From an uncultured Chloroflexia bacterium (lineage in GTDB: Bacteria; Chloroflexota; UBA6077; JACCZL01), in NCBI GenBank assembly GCA_963765765.1, contig CAVXYC010000015.1, positions 160,001 to 224,000 of the forward strand: a stretch of DNA of 64,000 bases, written 5' to 3'. The position numbers and the translations under genes are program-made. Shown piece by piece: positions 19,808 to 30,982 of this stretch. Under the pieces are notes generated by a model. It saw nothing but the letters and a program-made list of their open reading frames with translations, was not told the origin of the DNA and made no database searches. Position 1 is the stretch's first letter. Each line of letters starts with the position of its first letter.

Positions 19808-20324
19808 ATGGCGCGCATCACCGCCGTAACGAGTCGAGACCAGCTCAACGAAGCTGATCGCGATCTGGGACGAGATCCAGGCGAGCCGAGGCGCGGTTCG
19901 CGGTCCGTTCGCGGTGCTCCTAAACCGGCCGGAGCTAGGTCGGCGGGTGGCGCATCTTGGTACGCACATTCGATTCGAGACGTCGCTCGACGGGTACGTC
20001 AGGGAGTTTGCCGTCCTGGTTACCTGCGGCACCCTCGAGTGTGAGTACGAGTGGTCGGCGCACGAGAAGCAGCTACGCGAGCTTGGCGGAACGGATCAGA
20101 CGGTGAATGCCGTCCGCGATCGGAATCCGGCTGCGTTGTCCGAGCAGGATCGGATCGTCTATGCGGTCGTGACAGAGATCCTGGAGAACCACCGCATCAG
20201 TGATGGAACCTACGCGCAGGCCCGGGAGCGATTCAGCGAGGCGCAGCTTCTCGAGTTGTTGGGAACGGTCGGATATTACGCGATGCTCGCCTGCGTGCTG
20301 AACGGTTTCGAAGTTCATCCGTAG
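19808..20324 (+). CDS. Carboxymuconolactone decarboxylase family protein (frameshift near 19860)
   Basis: MARIT...; RGPFAVLLNRPEL, REFAVLV, ECEYEWSAH, ELLGTVGYYAM. Confidence 0.85.
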
Positions 20325-20562
20325 TTCATGCGGGGGCCTGGTCTAGCCTGATGGCGTGGCGACCCCCTTTGGTGGCAAGTCGTCAATCCACCTGTCAATC
20401 GGTTACGATTACTTCAGCGTGGTCGTCCGTGGGACGATAGCGCTTCCGTCAGCATTGCTCGTTTCGTTGGTTTCCTCCCAGGGGCGCCCACCGGCAAATG
20501 ACTGGTGGGCCTATGTTTGCTGGCCCGTATGTGCGCACGGCTCTGTCCAGGGAGGACATTCA

Positions 20563-21971
20563 TTGTATTCGTCATTTGCTGACTTTTCTTTCCGACCTTC
20601 CAGCCGCAAAGCGCTCGTAGAGCTCGGATTCGATACCCCGACACCGGTTCAGGCAGCCACGCTTGCGCCTCTTCTCGAGGGAAGAGATGTCATTGGTCAG
20701 GCTCGAACGGGCTCTGGGAAGACACTTGCGTTCGCGTTGCCGCTAATGGAGCGGATTGATTGGACCGAGCCCGGCGTGCAGGCGCTTGTATTAGTGCCTA
20801 CGCGCGAGCTGGCTGCACAGGTTGCCGGAGTCATCGAGCAGCTCGTCAATAACCCGCGCTCTGCCCCGGCGCTGCTCTTCGGCGGCCGCCCGTTTGGCCC
20901 GCAGGTGGCAGCTCTTCGGACGGCGCGCATCGTCGTCGGAACGCCCGGCCGAACCCTGGACCACTTGCGTCAAGAGACGCTGAGTCTCCGTCACGTCCGT
21001 TATCTCGTGCTTGATGAGGCGGATGAGATGCTCGATCGCGGGTTCGCCCCGGATGTCGAGCGAATCATGCGGTCTGCGCCGCGGTCGGCGCAGAAGGCGC
21101 TTTTCTCCGCGACCATCGCGGAGTGGGTGCATGAGATCTCGGCTCGCCACCTGACCGATCCGCTCACGGTTCGCGTTGATGGTGACCGTGGCCATGATGA
21201 CGGCAGCGTCTCTGAGCTGATCTACAAAGTCTCCGCGGAGCAGAAGCAAGCTGTGCTCGAGACACTGCTCGACCGACGTGGGCGAGGCTCGGTGGTCGTC
21301 TTTGGGCGCACCAAGCACGGCGTTCAAAAACTCGGCAAGCGGCTGGCCGCAAAGGGGTTCCCCATCGCGGTGCTTCAAGGCAATCTCAGCCAGAATGCGC
21401 GCGATCGCGCGATGGCCGAGTTCCGCGCAGGTCGAGCCCCGATTCTGGTCGCCACAAACGTCGCGGCACGTGGTATCGATGTCACCGACATTGAGCTGGT
21501 GATCAACTACGAGCTTCCCGAGAATGCCAGCCTATTCACGCACCGCATCGGTCGAACCGGCCGCATGGGACGTGAAGGCGAGGCAATCACGCTATTGAGC
21601 CCCGGGGAGCAGCTACAGTGGCGCAAGATCGAACGCGACCTGGGCCGGAAGATCACCACGGCAGTATGGGACGAGCAGGTGTCCGAGTTTCCTGTGATAC
21701 AGGAGGCAATGAACGCCAAGGCTCCCACCGCGCCTCGGGAGGACGAGCAGAGGCGGGCTCCTTTCAGAGCGCGCACGCAGGGCCGTGTCACCGCGGAAAA
21801 CGGGCGCGCGCCACAAGGCGGGCATAGCCGCGGTGATGGATCGAACGATGCACATCGGAGCGCGCAGGAGCAACTGCCGCGTCACCAAAAAAGGTTGAAG
21901 TCGGTTCGGTCGCTGGTGCCGCGAGTCCATCGCCCCGGGCAGGCCGGCGTCGGTGGCGGAAAGCCCGCTAG
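20563..21971 (+). CDS. DEAD-box RNA helicase (probable frameshift near 21880; ORF-track frame ends at 22026)
   Basis: Q motif PTPVQ, GSGKT, PTRELA, TPGR, DEAD, FSAT, HRIGRTGR. An alternative frame gives a typical basic tail ...RAGRRRWRKAR-TAG(21969-71). RBS GGAGG before TTG 20563. Confidence 0.95.
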
Positions 21972-21984
21972 ACTTTCGACCAGA

Positions 21985-22021
21985 CCCTTTGTAGAACGGA
22001 ATTACTCTGTTCTACAAAGGG
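21985..22021 (+). terminator. Hairpin after the helicase gene (terminator or GTAG REP singlet)
   Basis: CCCTTTGTAGAAC-11 nt-GTTCTACAAAGGG, 13-bp stem. Confidence 0.55.
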
Positions 22022-22257
22022 GATGACGCCCCTCCAGCCTATGGTAGGCATTGCCAAAAGTAGGGAGCAGCTCCTTCTTATTTGATGCCTGCACCCGTAC
22101 GGGCGCACCTCCACTAGAGAAGCTTTACCAGTGCGCCAGCGTGCCTCGGAAATGGCACGTCGTTTGCCCTTAGCTTGACAGAAGTAATTCCAGAAGGTAA
22201 CTCGCGTCCTGGATATACTTCTAATCGCCTTATGTCAACAAGAGGGCAGGGGAAGTC

Positions 22258-23514
22258 ATGTTAAGCAAGGAAAACAACGAGCTCATTACTCGGGTTGGTC
22301 CTGGCACTCCGATGGGCCAGACGATGCGCCGCTACTGGATGCCGGCCGCGCTTGCATCGGAGCTGCCAGAGCCGGATTGTCCGCCGGTCAGGGTACGACT
22401 CCTTGGAGAGGACCTGGTCGCCTTCCGCGACACCAACGGGCAGGTCGGGCTCATCCAGGAGAACTGTCCACACCGCGGGGCGTCGCTCTTCTTTGGGCGC
22501 AATGAAGAAGCTGGGATTCGGTGCGTCTACCACGGCTGGAAATTTGACACATCGGGCGCCTGCGTGGATATGCCAAATGAGCCGCCCGAGAGCAATTTCA
22601 AGGACAAGGTCCGGGCAACCACCTACCCAACAACCGAGAAGGCCGGGATCATCTGGGCGTATATGGGGCCGCCTGAGAAGCAGCCACCCGTACCGAACCT
22701 CGAGTGGATGCGTGCCCCTGAAGGCTGGTGTCGCGTTTCGAAGACGTTCCAGGACTCCAACTATCTGCAAGGACTGGAAGGCGGTCTCGACACATCACAC
22801 TCGTCCTTCCTGCACCGCACCCTGGACCCGGAAGGACTGCGTAACCCTCGTGCTCGCTCCACCCATCCGCGACTGGAAGTACTCACTACCGACTACGGCT
22901 ACATGTACTCCAGCATTCGGCATCTGCCGGACGAGAACAAGAACTACGTCCGTCTGTACCACTACGTGATGCCCTTCTATCAGATTCGGGCCGCTGATGT
23001 GGACGAGGACAACCGGGCAATGCACGGTCATATCTGGGTGCCTATTGATGACGAGCACACCTACGTCTTCAATTACATGTGCAACAAGGATCGTCCGCTG
23101 CCCTATGAAGAATGGCAGGAGCAGGAGCACCGCGCCGGTCGGGGCGTGCAGGACTACATTCCGGGCACCTTCAAGCTGAAGCTGAACAAGAGCAATGATT
23201 GGGGCCTGGACCGCGAGATCCAACGAACCACCAACTTCCCGGGCATCGTCGGTGTCAACACCCAGGACATGGCGCTCCAGGAGACCATGGGCGCGATTTT
23301 CGATCGTTCCCAGGAACGGCTTGGAACGGCGGATACGGCCATCATCTTCATGCGCAAGCTGCTCATGCAGGCAGCCAAGGATGTGATGGAAGGCAATGAT
23401 CCGCTCGGCACCAATGGCGAGGGATCAGACGTTCGCCCCGCGGAGATGATCCTTCCCGCCGATGTGCACTGGTATGAGACGGCTCTCAAGCAAGAGACCG
23501 AAGCAAAGTTTTAG
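22258..23514 (+). CDS. Rieske oxygenase alpha subunit, paralog 2
   Basis: CPHRG...CVYHGW; EGGLDTSHSSFLH; TQDMALQETMG. Confidence 0.93.
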   Translation: MLSKENNELITRVGPGTPMGQTMRRYWMPAALASELPEPDCPPVRVRLLGEDLVAFRDTNGQVGLIQENCPHRGASLFFGRNEEAGIRCVYHGWKFDTSGACVDMPNEPPESNFKDKVRATTYPTTEKAGIIWAYMGPPEKQPPVPNLEWMRAPEGWCRVSKTFQDSNYLQGLEGGLDTSHSSFLHRTLDPEGLRNPRARSTHPRLEVLTTDYGYMYSSIRHLPDENKNYVRLYHYVMPFYQIRAADVDEDNRAMHGHIWVPIDDEHTYVFNYMCNKDRPLPYEEWQEQEHRAGRGVQDYIPGTFKLKLNKSNDWGLDREIQRTTNFPGIVGVNTQDMALQETMGAIFDRSQERLGTADTAIIFMRKLLMQAAKDVMEGNDPLGTNGEGSDVRPAEMILPADVHWYETALKQETEAKF

Positions 23515-23542
23515 TCCAGCCTCGTGCGGTCTCGAGGTTTAG

Positions 23543-23695
23543 TCGCGGTCATTAGCGGTACTCAATGGAGAAGGTAGGTTCGAAGCGGCTTCGGTCGTTG
23601 GCGTGTTCATCCTGCTGATGACCGTGGGGGTGGCGTTCGTTGCCGCATTCTCGGTCTACGTGTCGGGCCGCACGCCGGCTAGATCAAGTAAATAG
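23543..23695 (+). pseudogene. Probable C-terminal remnant of an ABC (FbpB-like) permease
   Basis: SRSLAVLNGEGRFEAASVVGVFILLMTVGVAFVAAF...; resembles the last TM helix of iron ABC permeases; no start codon in context. Confidence 0.4.
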
Positions 23696-23730
23696 GACGT
23701 AGCACGGGGCCTTGTGCCCCGTGCTACGTC
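23696..23730. repeat. Family A REP hairpin between convergent Rieske genes (may act as a terminator)
   Basis: GACGTAGCACGGGGC-CTTGT-GCCCCGTGCTACGTC, perfect 15-bp stem. Confidence 0.8.
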
Positions 23731-23741
23731 AGGTTCAGTCG

Positions 23742-25058
23742 CTAGACGGCTGCGATGCCTCCGAGTGGATCTCGCGACAGCTCCGGATGATCCACAAAGC
23801 CCTTACGAAGCTCCTTCGTGGATTCCACCCAGTTCGAGCCGGTAGGAAGCACCACCGAGCCGGTGCGCTGCCCCCAGGCGCTGCAGTCCTCGATTCCGGG
23901 TGGGAGCGTGCCGTGGTCCCGTAGCGCCTTTGCCGCATTGATCAAGCGTCGGCGGGTGCGAATGATCATCAAATCGCTCGTGCCGAGTCGCTCATGAGTA
24001 CGATCGTAGATCTCCCCCATGCTTTCCGTGACTGCCTGATCCTGAATAAATATGCTGCTGATCCCGGTGTAGCTCTCTTTGCGAGCCTGGGCATCGCGAT
24101 CGATATTGTAATCATTCCGAGCGTTGTCCACGCACTGGAACCGGTTGTACCAGCCCGTCGAGTTCGGAATCGTCTCGGTCATCGGAGCTGGCCGGCCGTC
24201 CACGCTGCGGGCGTATCGGGAGACGCTATTCACCGAGTAGGCCAGTGTATGACCGTCGTCCATCGGTACCCAGGCTCGGTAGCGCACTTCCAGGCCGAGG
24301 ATGCCTGTTGGGATCATGGCGTAAAACGGGAAAAGGAATTGGGCGATGCGCCAGTACGTGCGCTGTTCGTCCAACGGACGGAAGCAGCCGTACATCGTGC
24401 CAATCTCGGTGTCTACGGACTCGTAACGCGGCGCTCGATCTTCCAGTGAGAGGCGAGCGTACGATCCCTCTGGTGCCTGCTCCGGTTCCATCGCGCCGAG
24501 ATGCAGAAAGACGGTGTGGCCGGTGTCGATATCGCCTTCCAGCGCCTGCATCCAGTTGCACTCGCGCTGCATTACCTGGACGGTGTACTCCCCCTCCGGC
24601 ATCATGTTCGCCTCGAGGTCCGGCAGTGGCGGCGGTGTCTCACGCTGACCCATGTACGTCCACACGATGCCTCCGCGCTCCACGCACGGGTACGCGGTCA
24701 CGCGTACCTTATGCTTGAAGTTGGACTCCGGGGGTTCATTGGGCATGTCCACGCACGTGCCCGACGCGTTGAACTTCCACCCGTGATACACGCATCGCAG
24801 GCCAGACTCTTCATTGCGACCGAAGAAGAGCGACGCGCCGCGGTGAGGGCAGTTCTCTTGGACAAGGCCGATTGCGCCCTCAGTGTCGCGAAAAGCGATC
24901 AGGTTCTCGCCCAGGAGCTTGATGCGCACCGGCGGGCCATCTCTCTCCGGAAGCTCCTGCGAGAGACCCGCGGGTACCCAATACTGGCGCATAAGCGTGC
25001 CCATCGGCGTGCCGGGGCCCACACGGCAGAGCAGTTCGTTGTCTTCGCGACTCAGCAT
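23742..25058 (-). CDS. Rieske oxygenase alpha subunit, paralog 3
   Basis: CPHRG...CVYHGW; EGDIDTGHTVFLH; IQDQAVTESMG. Confidence 0.93.
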   Translation of the reverse strand: MLSREDNELLCRVGPGTPMGTLMRQYWVPAGLSQELPERDGPPVRIKLLGENLIAFRDTEGAIGLVQENCPHRGASLFFGRNEESGLRCVYHGWKFNASGTCVDMPNEPPESNFKHKVRVTAYPCVERGGIVWTYMGQRETPPPLPDLEANMMPEGEYTVQVMQRECNWMQALEGDIDTGHTVFLHLGAMEPEQAPEGSYARLSLEDRAPRYESVDTEIGTMYGCFRPLDEQRTYWRIAQFLFPFYAMIPTGILGLEVRYRAWVPMDDGHTLAYSVNSVSRYARSVDGRPAPMTETIPNSTGWYNRFQCVDNARNDYNIDRDAQARKESYTGISSIFIQDQAVTESMGEIYDRTHERLGTSDLMIIRTRRRLINAAKALRDHGTLPPGIEDCSAWGQRTGSVVLPTGSNWVESTKELRKGFVDHPELSRDPLGGIAAV

Positions 25059-25347
25059 AGATGCCTCTCAGACGCAGATCGTTTCAATCATGATAAATGG
25101 CGAACCCCGTTGTCCGGGAAGGATTTCCCAGGATCGAGCGACTTGCGCCTCTACAAATCCGGGCTGCTGGGGCATCAGACTTTGAATCTGATGGAGCTGT
25201 GTGACCGCTTCGCTCTGGCGACTATTGGGAACGCGCAGCAGCCCTGGAACAAGAACACGGGAGCCTCCAAGGGGATGGGAAGGAAAGGGCGGCGCCTGTC
25301 GGACCAGATGATCCCGCCAGCGCCGCCCCGTGTTGAGTCTGGATGAA

Positions 25348-26163
25348 CTAAGCGGTCAGGAAATCAGAGACGAGCTTGTTGAACTCATCAGGCTTTTGCT
25401 GCGGGACCATGTGGCCTACGTTGTCGAAGACAACGAGCTTCGCGCCCGGGATGTTCTTTGCCGTGTCCTCGCCAAGCTCCAGGGCGTTGGTCTCGTCATC
25501 GCGGCCCCACACAACCAGCGTCGGTGCCTTGATGTACTTCATCCGACGGATCGTGTTGTACTTGACTCGGGTCGGATTGTTTGTCATGTGCTTCATGACC
25601 TTGCCGAAGGCCTCACCATGACCCGGTAGCTCGGCCTTTTTGATGAACGTCTCCGCCAGCTCGTCGACGTTTACTCGCCCGGGAGCATAGCGATGGGAGA
25701 GCTGTTCCTTGACTTGCTCCGCGGTGGGGACCTTGAAATCCACCATGTTCTGGAGTGGACGCGTGGCGGTGCCGCCGCCGGCGACGTTGACCACCTTGTT
25801 CACTCGATCTGGGCTCTCGTAAGCCATCAGCGTGACCAGCCAGCCACCCATCGAGTGGCCCACGAAGTTCGCCTTCTCAATGCCCAGTGCGTCCATGAAC
25901 TCACGGATGTGATCCACCATGTACGCAAAGGAAAGCTCCATGTCAAGCACATCGCCGGTGCCCCAGTTGAGGCAATCTACCGCTATGACGCGGAGCTTCT
26001 CCGATAGTGGGCCAATGTTGAGAGCCCAGGTCTCGCAACCGCTTGTCCAACCGGCGCCGTGGAGCAGGATGGTGGGATAGCCGGTTCCGGCCTCCCAGTA
26101 GCGTGTCTTGCCGTGGCTCAGCTCTACAAAGTTTTCAGTCCATACTTTGGGTTCAACTGCCAT
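25348..26163 (-). CDS. Alpha/beta hydrolase (meta-cleavage-product hydrolase-like)
   Basis: LLHGAG, VGHSMGG nucleophile elbow, VVWGRDD, GHMVP. Confidence 0.9.
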   Translation of the reverse strand: MAVEPKVWTENFVELSHGKTRYWEAGTGYPTILLHGAGWTSGCETWALNIGPLSEKLRVIAVDCLNWGTGDVLDMELSFAYMVDHIREFMDALGIEKANFVGHSMGGWLVTLMAYESPDRVNKVVNVAGGGTATRPLQNMVDFKVPTAEQVKEQLSHRYAPGRVNVDELAETFIKKAELPGHGEAFGKVMKHMTNNPTRVKYNTIRRMKYIKAPTLVVWGRDDETNALELGEDTAKNIPGAKLVVFDNVGHMVPQQKPDEFNKLVSDFLTA

Positions 26164-26322
26164 GATCTTGCCTCCACCGGGTCATGTGTGACGCTCGTTT
26201 TCCCAGACGTGCCCTTTGGAAAGCCGCGCCTGATGCCGAAGGACATGATAGCGCTCCCCGTCCATTGGGTCGAGCAACGAAACGGCGCTACTATGCAGGT
26301 CAGGAAGCGAGGGACCGAAGGT

Positions 26323-27214
26323 ATGGCTGATCTACCGACACAGCGACTTGGACGCACCGACATGGATGTAACGGTGTTGGGCTATGGCGCCATGGAGCTC
26401 CGCGGGGCGCCTCGCGGGCGCGACATCAGCGAGGCGGATTCAGATCGCATCTTGAACGCGCTCCTCGACATGGGCGTGAACTACATTGATACATCGATCG
26501 ATTACGGCTTGAGCGAGGAGCGCATCGGCCGAGCCATCAGCAATCGTCGCTCGGAGTACTTCCTTGCGTCCAAGTGTGGGTGCCCGCTTGATTCAGAAGC
26601 GTCCAGGTATGGTCGGGGCGAGCACGTCTACACCGCTGACCGAGTTCGCGATGGCGTTCTGCAGAGTCTGCGTCGACTTCAGACCGACTACCTCGACCTC
26701 GTCCAATTCCACGCGAGTCCCACACCGCAGCAGCTCACTGAGCACGGCGGCTTTAGAGGCGCTTCAGGAGCTTCAGCATCAGGGCAAGGTTCGCTACATC
26801 GGTATTTCCGGAACGATCCCGAATCTCCGCGACCAGATTGCTATGGGTGTGTTCGACGTGTTCCAGATACCGTACTCGGCTCTTCAGCTCGAGCACGAGG
26901 AGCTCATGGCCGACGCGTCGAACGCGGGCGCCGGCATCGTCATTCGTGGTGGCGCGGCACGTGGCGGTCCTGCAAAGGAATCGGGTGATGCCTGGTCCAC
27001 CTGGAAAGCGGCCGGGATGGATGATCTCATCGGCGATATGGATCGGATGGAATTCGTCCTGCGCTTTACTTACAGCAGTCCGGATCTCGATACGACCATC
27101 GTGGGGACGCTGAACCCGGACCACCTTCAACAGAACATCGATGCGCTCATGAAAGGGCCTTTGCCGCCCGATCTCTATGACGAAGCGAAGCGGCGTCTCG
27201 CGAGCGCTCAGTAG
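26323..27214 (+). CDS. Aldo/keto reductase (frameshift near 26750)
   Basis: LGYGAMEL, IDTSIDYG, SLRRLQTDYLDLVQFH; then GKVRYIGIS, QIPYSAL. Confidence 0.9.
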
Positions 27215-27222
27215 GTTTCAAG

Positions 27223-27559
27223 GTGGAGCCCGAGGAGCTTCGTGCGTTTGCCCTCAGCTTTCCAGAAGCGGTGGAGATCGAAACGTGGGGCCACCCCACG
27301 TTTCGAGTTCGCGAAAAGATTTTCGCCACGCTCGGGGACAGCGGAACGTCCGGCGTCAAAACATCGAAGCTAGAACAGATCGCCCTGGTGAGCTCCCAGC
27401 CGGACGTGTTCAGTGTGCCGGCGTATGTCGGCCGCTACGGCTGGGTGAGCGTTCGATTGGATCGCGTGGATGCCAGATCATCTGAAGGAGCTTGTTGAAG
27501 ACGCCTGGCGACAGACCGCGCCGAAGCGGCTGGTGAAGGAGTACGACGCCAGCAGCTAG
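27223..27559 (+). CDS. MmcQ/YjbR family protein (frameshift near 27475)
   Basis: WGHPTFRVREKIF, YVGRYGWV; shifted frame LKELVEDAWRQTAPKRLV. Confidence 0.88.
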
Positions 27560-27562
27560 AGC

Positions 27563-27934
27563 CTACGGTTGATCTCGTCTCTCCTCCAGCACGCAAAACT
27601 CATTTCCTTCAGGGTCGGCAAGGACCACCCAGGTCTGCTGGCCTTGACCAATGTCTACTCGCTGGGCACCGAGAGCGATGAGTCGGGCGACTTCCGCCGC
27701 CTGGTCGCAGCCGCGGGGATTCACATCGATGTGGACACGGTTCTTTGCGCTCTTTGGCTCATCGTTCGGAACGAAGGTTATTGATGGAATTGAGCCGTCG
27801 GACGCGCCGATTTCCAGTGCTCCTTCGTAGCGTCCGGTTGGCTCCCAGCCGAGTGCGGCGCACCAGAACTCACTGAGCCGTTGTGGGTCCCGGGCGTCGA
27901 TGATGAGCTCGGTAAACGTGCAAGACACTGGCAT
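27563..27934 (-). CDS. VOC family protein
   Basis: FWCAALGW, KNRVHID, WVVLADPEGNEFC. Confidence 0.92.
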   Translation of the reverse strand: MPVSCTFTELIIDARDPQRLSEFWCAALGWEPTGRYEGALEIGASDGSIPSITFVPNDEPKSAKNRVHIDVNPRGCDQAAEVARLIALGAQRVDIGQGQQTWVVLADPEGNEFCVLEERRDQP

Positions 27935-28108
27935 TCTCCTCTCTTGTTGACATCCTCACCCTAACGCCAGGCAGCTCGGGAAGTTGTTGTTCAAAATTAG
28001 CCGAAAATCGGGACTAAATTGGCCTCGTTGAGCGTTTGAAATCCGGTAAGATCGGAGCAGGTCCGGCCCGCCGCTGATCGCAGGGTCGTTCCTCTGGAAT
28101 CACACGAC

Positions 28109-28528
28109 ATGCTGATCAACGCCACTAGCTGGACCGACATGTTAACGTCCCCCGTGACGATGTGCGCGCTGTTTCTGCTGGCGCTTTTCTTCGTCGGCGA
28201 GCTCGTGACGTTCTTCTGCACCTCTGTTCCGAGGCGCGCCTCAGCATGGATGCAGTCCAGCAATCTGGTGATTCTTGGGCGTTTAGGCAATGGCTGGGCG
28301 ACGCACCGGGTTGTGGCGATGGAACAGGCTGATCACGCTGTGACTCTGGACGAAGTTGGCTCCTGGGTGACCGTGGCTCGTGCCCCTAAGGCTGAGCCTG
28401 ACGACGATCACTCAGCGTCCGGTCCGCCCCCAGATCAGCTCCGCGCCTTTGCGCGCTGGTTGGCCGAGCGCGGACGGCTGGGTGAGTGGGATAGCTCGGA
28501 CGCCGAGCACCGCGACATACGCCTCTAG
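28109..28528 (+). CDS. Hypothetical protein with N-terminal hydrophobic segment
   Basis: 139-aa ORF with one TM-like stretch; no family recognised. Confidence 0.4.
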   Translation: MLINATSWTDMLTSPVTMCALFLLALFFVGELVTFFCTSVPRRASAWMQSSNLVILGRLGNGWATHRVVAMEQADHAVTLDEVGSWVTVARAPKAEPDDDHSASGPPPDQLRAFARWLAERGRLGEWDSSDAEHRDIRL

Positions 28529-28604
28529 CAGCCCGCTCCAGTAACGAAGCTCCTCCCGTATCATCCCGGTGCGCTGGGATGGCGCACGCCGGAGGACAAA
28601 GATC

Positions 28605-29679
28605 ATGCCAGTCATCGATGCCGATGCACACGTGGTGGAAACCGAGCAGACCTGGGAGTACATGGATCCAGATGACCTGAAGTATCGTCCTCAGATCGTC
28701 GAAGACCCATCCGGAAATGGCGTCACCTACTGGCTGATTGAGGGAAAGATTCGTCGCACCGCTCGCGGCGCCGCGGGCTTGCCAAAAGGGCTGTCAGAGA
28801 AGGTGAAGCGCAACATGGTGACCGATGAAGCCAAGCGCTTCATGCAGGACATCCCTGGACGTGTTGCGCACATGGATGAGCTGGGCATCGATATTCAGGT
28901 GCTGTATCCGACGATTTATATCCAGCGGGTCTGCGATTCGCCGGAAGCCGAAATTGCTCTTTCCAAAAGCTACAACCGCTGGCTCGCTGACATCTGGCAG
29001 CAGAGCAAGGGACGCCTGCGCTGGACGTGCATCCTACCGTTAGAGACGCCCGATGAAGCGATCAAGCAGCTTCACTGGTCGGTGGAGCACGGAAGCTGTG
29101 GCGTCACCATGCGGGGGATCGAGGGCGAGCGCTTACTGATCGACCCGCACTTCTTTCCGATCTACGAGGAGGCTGAGCGGCTCAATGTGCCGATCACCGT
29201 GCACATCGGTAACTCAAATCTCGACATCCTGAGCATCATGGCCAAGGATGGGATCGGCGGGACATTCGGAGCCTTCAGGCTTGCCTCGGTAGCCAGCTTT
29301 CATCAGCTCGTGACCACGGGCATGCCCAAGAAGTTCCCCAAGCTGCGCTTCGGCTACATCGAGGCCAGCTCGCAGTGGATCCCCTACGTCATCCACGATC
29401 TGCGGCGCCGACTCGAGACCCGCGGGCGGCAGCTCGAGGAGGACGTGCTGGGCGCGTACAACATCTGGGTGACCGCCCAGACGGATGACGATTTGCCGAC
29501 CGTGCTGAAATACGCCAACCCGGGTCATCTGATGATCGGCACGGATTACGGGCACCAGGACCAGAGCAGCGAGATCGAAGCGATGCGGAACATACGCAAT
29601 CAGGGTGGGGTGGATCCCGGCGATCATTGACCGTATTCTGGGCCCCAACGCGGCTGACTTCTACGGGATCACGGTCTGA
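28605..29679 (+). CDS. Amidohydrolase_2 family protein (frameshift near 29617)
   Basis: IDADAHVVE, HMDELGIDIQVLYPT, YNRWLAD, FPKLRFGYIEA, GTDYGH; shifted end IDRILGPNAADFYGI. Confidence 0.9.
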
Positions 29680-29892
29680 TCATCGTTTGGGGTGCCCGCG
29701 CGAACAGGTCATCCACCAGATTAGATCGACGATGAGCATCTATTCCGACACCAGCTACCTCCAGCATTCGTCCTACACAATCCGCCGGAGATTCATACGG
29801 CCAATGGCATTTTTCGAGAGGAACCGCTTCCTCACGGGCGCGGCTCTGAGGCTGTCTGGGGTACGCAACCCCACGGGATGCGGCTCTGTCGG

Positions 29893-30831
29893 CTACAGAT
29901 CGCCGCGCGCTCGACGGGCCTCCAGATTTGTGGAGTCCGTGCCCATGTAAACGCCGCGCTCCCATTCGCGCTTGAGCGGATCGTGCACGTGGATAGACAT
30001 GCGGCCGATCTTCTCGATCTCTATTTCGCAGAATTCGCCATCCTGCAACGGCCCAAGTCCCTCGTGATTCGTGCCGCAGGCAATCACGTCGCCGCTGTTC
30101 AAGGTCATGATCGTCGTGGCGAATTCGATAAGCTCCGGAACGCGGTGCTCCATGTCATCGGTCACGTAGTCGTGTCTGAGATCGCCGTTGTTCCAGAACT
30201 TCACCCATAGCTTGTTGGGGTCTTCGATCTCGTCGGCGGTTGTGATGCACGGACCGATCGGGGCGAAGGTGTCAAAGCTCTTTCCCATCCAGCTTCCCTG
30301 ACGCCAGGTGCTGCGACCTTGGCCGCGGGCAGACACATCGATGATCGCGGAATAGCCGAAGATCGCCTTTCGCCAGTTGTCCTGGTTCACGCGTTTGGCT
30401 GGTCCACGGATGATCAATGCAAGCTCGGCTTCATGCTGGAACACCCATGGGTCGGTGAACTCGGGCAGCTCCACGGTGTCACCGTGGCCGATCACGGCGT
30501 CCGGATTCTTCAGGAACATATTGAGCGGGCGCGCCTCGCGTTGGGCGTGCTCCCAGTAATTGCCGATGCAGCACAGGATTTTGCCCGGCCTGGGCAGTGG
30601 CGGTCGCAGCCGAACTCCGCCGAGCGGCAAAGGTGAGCGCTCGGCCACCAGCCGTTCAAAGGACGGCCGAAGCGCCTCAAACTCATCGATGATGAGCTGC
30701 ATCAGGTGCTGTGGAGAGATCGCGTTCAGTCCCGACGTGGCAGACGAGACGTCCACCACACCCTGGTCTGTGAGCACCCCGGGATGCAGAAGCTGACCGG
30801 TGCCGGGACGTTGAAAAAGCACGAGCCGCAT
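29893..30831 (-). CDS. Fumarylacetoacetate hydrolase family protein
   Basis: KILCCIGNY, HEAELA, DVSAR, GKSFDTFAPIGP, GDVIACGT. Confidence 0.93.
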   Translation of the reverse strand: MRLVLFQRPGTGQLLHPGVLTDQGVVDVSSATSGLNAISPQHLMQLIIDEFEALRPSFERLVAERSPLPLGGVRLRPPLPRPGKILCCIGNYWEHAQREARPLNMFLKNPDAVIGHGDTVELPEFTDPWVFQHEAELALIIRGPAKRVNQDNWRKAIFGYSAIIDVSARGQGRSTWRQGSWMGKSFDTFAPIGPCITTADEIEDPNKLWVKFWNNGDLRHDYVTDDMEHRVPELIEFATTIMTLNSGDVIACGTNHEGLGPLQDGEFCEIEIEKIGRMSIHVHDPLKREWERGVYMGTDSTNLEARRARGDL

Positions 30832-30982
30832 GGGGAATTCTCCAGTGCGTGAGCCGAATTGTGGGTTGGGTTAGGATGGACCTTACCGGAATCGAGATTA
30901 AGAGGGAAGTGAACATCCGGGACCGCCGACAGGAAGTCGGCGGGCCCGGGGATGCTCCAGTCTTTTAGGCGCGGGGGAGAAC

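Noticed and set aside
29628-29630. TGA near the amidohydrolase end as a recoding site
   Set aside because: The typical ending IDRILGPNAADFYG is in a shifted frame.
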